A program made the translations under genes and the position numbers. From the human T2T-CHM13v2.0 reference genome, Homo sapiens, in the NCBI RefSeq assembly GCF_009914755.1, contig NC_060947.1: a stretch of 64,000 nt of DNA, one strand, 5' to 3'. A model generated the notes under the pieces. It ran no database searches, was not told where the DNA came from, and was given only the letters and a program-made list of their open reading frames with translations. Positions 47,074 through 64,000 of the stretch are shown piece by piece (the first letter of the stretch is position 1; each line of letters starts with the position of its first letter).

Positions 47074-50000
47074 TCAATTTTTCTAAGGTACTTTTAAACA
47101 AAGGATTTGCTGCCTATCTTCAAGTACTTTTTACCTGATGATTTAACAAACCAAGGTCTGGGGCACTAAAACTATTAGTCAAAACACCACACGAGATTCA
47201 CCCATGATGTAACATGAATGCCAATGGTCATTTGTATTTTCAGGCTAAGGTTTGGCCTCATATTTATCTCTAAAGTTCCCACTGAGGTTTTCAGATGAGG
47301 TTTGCACTGCCATAAGAACTATAAAGTTCTTTTTGGAAAAGGTATTAAGTCATTTGAAAAGTGGAGGCGTTCGTTTTTTAAAAATGATTTAATCAAATTG
47401 CAGACAGGTATTTACGACTTAGCTGAAATAGCCTAAGTTAGGTCACAGTGGAATGAAAAATGATGGAGGCAGAACAGGGAATTTTTTAATATCTCCATGT
47501 CAGTAGACAGAAGCGTAACTTGAAGCATTTATATCTCTGTAAAGTTTGGCATTTTCCGAAAATGATTTTAAATTTAGTCTTTCCTCTGTATTTCACTGGA
47601 CATAAAGCTGGAAGTGGAGATATTTCAACAATGGTCACTTTCTAATATAATTCAAATATTTTCTTTGTAATTTTTACCTTTATTATTAGGGAGATTTTAT
47701 GAGATCAAATAAATGAATCCAAGGTGTCCGGAAGTGATAAGCCAACTGTAATGTAGGTGGAACATGATATGGATATTTTAGATAAGTAGTAAATGATTTT
47801 TGTATTATTTGTGTTTGACTTTGCAGTACATTTTTAACTTCACATTTAAATATGTAAGTCTGAAGTTTTGGAGTTCACAGCATTTTTGGCAAATGAACAA
47901 AAGGGTGTCTGTAGTGGCCACTTCACATCTATATATAACATATATGCTTACTAATAAATGTCTTCTATAATCTAGAAGACTTGAGTTTATTGACCAGCTC
48001 TGTGACCTTGAGCAAGTCATTGTCCTTCTCTGGGCCTCTTTATTTTCTATTTGTAAAATATGAGGTTGGAATAGAGTAGATCCTTTATAAAGTTCTCTTT
48101 TAGTTCTTTTTATGTTTATAAATTTACTCTCAAGTTGGCTTATAACTCCTCTGGGGTCAGAGGATATACCTAAGCATTTTCACTTGAAATACCTTTTATG
48201 ATACTTGATCAAGAGAGTAAGGAAGTGAACAAAATCTTTTTCCTTTCCTACTTTGTACTGAATTAGAGTTAATAAAAATGTTGGTGTCACCAACATGGAA
48301 GTTAGGGCAATAGCTGTTCAGCTTTAACCCCCATCCTAAATGAGGCTTCACTATAGCTAGTAAAGTCTTAAGCCCAAGTCACAACGATAACCCTGAGAAG
48401 ATCTGAAAAGGAATGTACTCCCGTGACATATGACACTGGTTCTTTCAATAGTAGAGATTGATTTACACATATTATCTCTTTAGAACGTAAGTGACAGAAG
48501 ACTTTTGGAATACAGTTCCATGTCTGGCTAGCCTGTTTTCTGACAAGTTGATAAGGTCACTGCTAGAAAACTTATAAGTTTTCAGAAGTGATATACATTT
48601 CTGAGAAAAACATGTTTTTCTTTTTATAAAATGGGGTTATATGCTATTTCTTTTGGTGCTGTTAATATGAGTTAGGAATGTAGCCCAGGTTCTATTATTA
48701 TTCAAAGTGAATTTGACAATTTGAAAAGCTGAATCTGTAACTTTAGAAACCTTTCTGGAAAGTAACCTGTGATTAAATGTCAAGGCCATTTTATGACAGT
48801 CTTAGCGAAGCAGGGGAGAAATTGATTTGAGTAAATAACCACTTCAGATATGATCAAGGAATTATTTTCGGACAACCTCTTGCCAAATGGGTCTTGATGC
48901 AGCTTTTTCACTTGATCACTTTTTCCTGGATATGAGGCTTTATTCTTCAAAACCTCCTCCTATTTCTGGCCCCTCCCCCTCCATTTTGCTCTTCTCCAGG
49001 CTAGAGACAAAGATGGGAATCCATTCAAATAACAGAAACCACACTTATCAAAAGCTAGTTTGGAGGCATATTTGCAGTTCGAAAGTTCCTCATTTCTCTT
49101 ACTTTTATCAGAAATTACATACATTAATCTAAATGGATTCCTATTGGTGTTGACATTAAAAAAAACAGCGTGACACCTATTTTACTTTTCTGGGCTACAC
49201 ACTATTTATGTAATCTCTAGGACTCAGACCTAGAGTTGTTTCAGGTCATATGTTAGAGTCTAAACTGAGGAAACCTTTGTGCTAATGTTGGTAAAAGCCG
49301 TCCTTGCTCAGCAGGTTCTCAGTGGTTATCAGGTCTAGAATGATGACCATATGCATTATGGACTTTATTTTTTAACTTGAACCACTGTATTCTGATGAGG
49401 TACTCTTAAGCTGTGGAAAAGAATTTGTTTGGATGTATAAATGTAGCTTTCTTGGAAGACAGTAGAATTTGGATCACGTTTATAATTCCATGAATCCACT
49501 AGGGTTGTTATGATATATATCTAACATAATTTACACATGCAATTCCACTGCCCCCAATGAATATTAAAACTGCAACCTGAATTAGGTTATCTATACCTAA
49601 AGTTGCCATTTTTATAAAGCAGTTAATTAAAATGAAGATGCTCTTTTCTCATATTTTGACACTTCAGCAATATGCCATTTTTCTGATAAAAATATTTCAA
49701 ATTCAGGCTTTTATCTTAGAAATTATTTGATAGCAATGATAATTAAAACTATCAACAGTAGAATAGGACCCAACAAATATGACAACTATTTATCTTGCCA
49801 ATGTATGAGATGTAGTGACTATTGGTTAGAGTGTAGTAGATGTTTTTAAAAAATAGCACAAATTCTAAATACTAATTTTGATACTATCAAATTTTCAAAT
49901 GTAGTAAGTTAACTGAAACACACAAACAGAAAAATAATTCGCCTAACTTATTAGATATGACATATACTATGGGGTAAATATTTCATTGGCACACATTAGG

Positions 50001-50654
50001 AAACTAACACATCTTTAAGAAACAAGAAAACTCAATAGCCCCCACAATAAGAAGTTGTAGTATTTAAGAACGAAACAAGCCACTTATACCCAGAAACCAC
50101 AAGCTGACAATTCTTTGAAATCTCTTCAGCCTCCCTTTGATGCTGTTCATTGACCCAGCATGGGCAGCGCGTAGCACTGAATGGCAACAAAGATGGGCAG
50201 GGTAGTTTGCCTTATCTGATAGCTGGTGGGGACTGCTGACCACATCCCTCAGCTCTGCGGGAAAATGGCATGAGATTCTGAGGATGGTCAGGAATCTGTG
50301 CGGCAACAAGACCAGCAAAGTGGCACCTGGGGCTTCAAGGAAGCATGGGTGAGAAAAGCAAAGCAAAAAGGTTAAGCACCCAACTGCACCTCTGATGATT
50401 AGGTGCAACACCCCTTCAGTCGGTTGTAAGATGGACTTAGTGTGTATAGGTATTAAAAAGGCAAATAATAATGAAAGTAATAATAAAACAAGAACAAAAA
50501 TGGAGAATGTGGCTATAAAAGATGGTGCAAATAAGAGTTTCACTCTCCTTTCTGGGGGGCAGGGGCAGTGAGGGAATCATATTCTGTGTCACCTCTGAGA
50601 GCAAGGAAATTACAGATTTCTGTTGAGTTCCAGAACAGATGATTAGGGCTTGAC

Positions 50655-56480
<5,826 letters not shown>

Positions 56481-57034
56481 CTATGAAAGATAATGAAGTT
56501 CAAGGATTTGGGATGGGAAACTGCACGATGTACTCACTTCTTATTCTAAACTTTCTAGTTGCTTCTATAGAGGGCAATATGTCAAGAGCTATATAAATTC
56601 AAATTATACATACCCTGTCACCCAGTAACCCTACTCTTAGAAATATATCTTATCAATATACTTACAAAAACATGTATGTACATGGCTGTTCACTGTAGCA
56701 CAGATAATAGTAGCAAAACGACTGGCAGCAACCTAAATATTCAACAGTAGAACTGGTTAAATAAATGGTGTTACATCTACAAAATGGTATAAAATATAAC
56801 TACTAATATATGGTAGATCCATAAACATTATAGATATGTATATATATGCATCTGTCCAAGCCCTCTAAGTGAATAAAGCAATATAGAGCACAACATATAT
56901 TATGTACAGTGATCCCATTTATACAACTGGAAAATCTTTTATATTACATGCTTACATGTTCTAGACAAGTACACACTAAACTGTCAATAGTAGTTATTTT
57001 TAAGGTGTCGGATTGTGGTGGAAGGCTTTTTTAT

Positions 57035-57147
57035 TTTAAAAAATTCAACTTTATTGAGGCACAATTTACACAGAATAAAATTCAACCATTTAAAGTGTTT
57101 GATGAGTTTTGACAGGTATATATACCCATGTAACAATCATTATAATC

Positions 57148-57188
<41 letters not shown>

Positions 57189-58412
57189 CAGTGTACATTT
57201 CTAGGAGTTTTAAGAGCTGCATTGACTGATGTAACTGTTACTACAATCAGGATACACAACAGTTCTATCACCCTCCAAAGTTCCCTATTGTTACCTCTTT
57301 GTAGTCAAACTCTCCCAACCTCTAACCTCTGACAACTGCTCCTCTGTTTTCTGTCCCTATAGTTTACCTTTTCCAAAATGTCATATAAATGGAATCATAC
57401 AGTAGGTAACCTTTTAAGATTGGCTCATTTTACTCAGCATAACACCTTTGAGATTCATCTGTGTTTTCGTATGTATCAATAGCCCATTCAATCACATTGC
57501 TGAGTAGTTTTCTATTATATGGATGCACGATGGTTTCTTTGTTTACCCACTGAAGAACATTTGGGTTATTTCCAGTTTTTAGCAATTATGAGTAAAGCTG
57601 CTATGACCATTCATGTACAGGTTTTTGTCTAAATATACGTTTAATTTTTCTAACTTACATATCTAAGAGTGGTATTGCTGGATTGTGTGTTAAGGGTGTG
57701 TTTATAATAAAATGCCAAACTGTTTCCAGAGTGGCTATACTGTTTTCCATTTTCACTAATTGCTCTATATCTTCTTTAGTGCTTGTCAGGTTTTTAAAGT
57801 TTAGTCATTCTAACAGGTATGTAGTGGGATCTCATTATGGTTATAATTTGCGTTTCCCAAATGGCTAATGATGTTGAGCATCTTTTCACATGCTTATTTA
57901 CCATCTATATATCTTCTGTGATGAAGTGTTTTTCAGATCCTTTGCCCATTTTTATTATATATATGTAATATAATATAGAATATACATATATATTCTAGAT
58001 ACAATCCCTTTGTTAGATATATGGCTTGCAAATATTTTCTTCCAGTCTGTATCTTGTCTTTTCATTCTCTTAATGATGTCTTTACTGGAGCAAACTTTTA
58101 CTTTTGAGAAAGTCAAAATTATCATGTTTATAAAACTATCCATTTTTTCATAGATTGTGCTTTTTCTGTCATGTCCAGGAACTCTTCAGCTAGCCCAAGG
58201 TCATGAAGATGTTCTCCTATGTTTTCCTCCACAACTTTTATAGTTGTAAGATATGCCTTTAGTTCTATGATCCATTTTGAGTTAATTTTTCTATAAGGGA
58301 AGAGGTTTATGTTGAGGTTCTTTTTGAAAATATGAGTGAACAATTGCTCTGACCCAATTTGTTGGACAACTCTCATTTCTCCATTGAACTGCTTTTCCCC
58401 TTTGCCGAACAT
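57035..58412 (-). mobile_element. L1M fragments
   Basis: degenerate ORF2 C-terminal peptides (58128..58412, 57955..58143). Confidence 0.75.
57149..57187. repeat. (AC)19 microsatellite
   Basis: counted directly. Confidence 0.95.
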
Positions 58413-58419
58413 CAGTGGG

Positions 58420-58780
58420 GCATGCTGGACTACTAGACATCCACATTCAAAAGAGTAGAGTTAAACACCTACTTTATACCACGTACAAAACTCAAAATGG
58501 ATCATAGACCTATACTTAACAGATAAAAACTATAAAACTCTAATAGGAAAGCATAGGAGTAAATCTTTGTGACCTTGGATAAAACAACGATTTCTTAGAT
58601 ATGACACCAGAAACCAAGTGACAAAAGAAAATAGGTAAATTTGACTTAATCAAAATTAAAAACATTTTTACATCAAAGGACAGCATAAAGAAAATGAAAA
58701 GATAACTCATAGAACGTGAGAAAATAATTTAATATCATATATCTGATAAGGGACTTGTATCACAATATATAAAGAATAAT
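58420..58780 (+). mobile_element. L1M ORF2 fragment
   Basis: aactcaaaatggatcatagacct...ttcttagatatgacacca. Confidence 0.7.
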
Positions 58781-58781
58781 T

Positions 58782-64000
<5,219 letters not shown>

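Noticed and set aside
50064-50543. 159-aa minus-strand ORF in the same frame as TRPC5, just after its stop (possible read-through extension or membrane microprotein)
   Set aside because: It starts at GTG, and in-frame stops intervene (TAA GTC AAG CCC TAA). The hydrophobic N-terminus reflects T-rich UTR composition.

Overview
Human/primate genomic DNA, recognisable as the Xq23 junction of two convergent genes. On the + strand are the last 12 coding exons of the long ALG13 isoform (1149-34340; spliced length 1685 nt plus 1 nt from the upstream exon = 561 aa + stop). They encode a low-complexity Pro/Tyr/His/Gln-rich C-terminal half with a (CCA)14(CCT)13 polyproline tract, followed by a 3'UTR with AATAAA at 34961. 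On the - strand are the last 4 coding exons of TRPC5 (56480-50655; TRP box EWKFAR through the PDZ motif VTTRL) and a probable ~8.3 kb 3'UTR ending near 42350. The rest is mostly transposon relics: about 15 Alus, several L1PA/L1PB/L1M pieces including a near full-length L1PA in a TRPC5 intron, MaLR/ERV1 LTRs, Tigger/Charlie/MER DNA elements, MIR and L2. I found no convincing new gene or biological system. The best unexplained signals are three ALG13 AAG acceptors that each have an in-frame YAG exactly 9 nt downstream, a splice donor overlapping the ALG13 stop, an L1 antisense promoter aimed at TRPC5's C-terminal exons, a pre-miRNA-like hairpin in the last TRPC5 intron, and three template-switch fold-back scars. 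Exon numbers, repeat subfamily names and gene identities come from recall, not from a database search.
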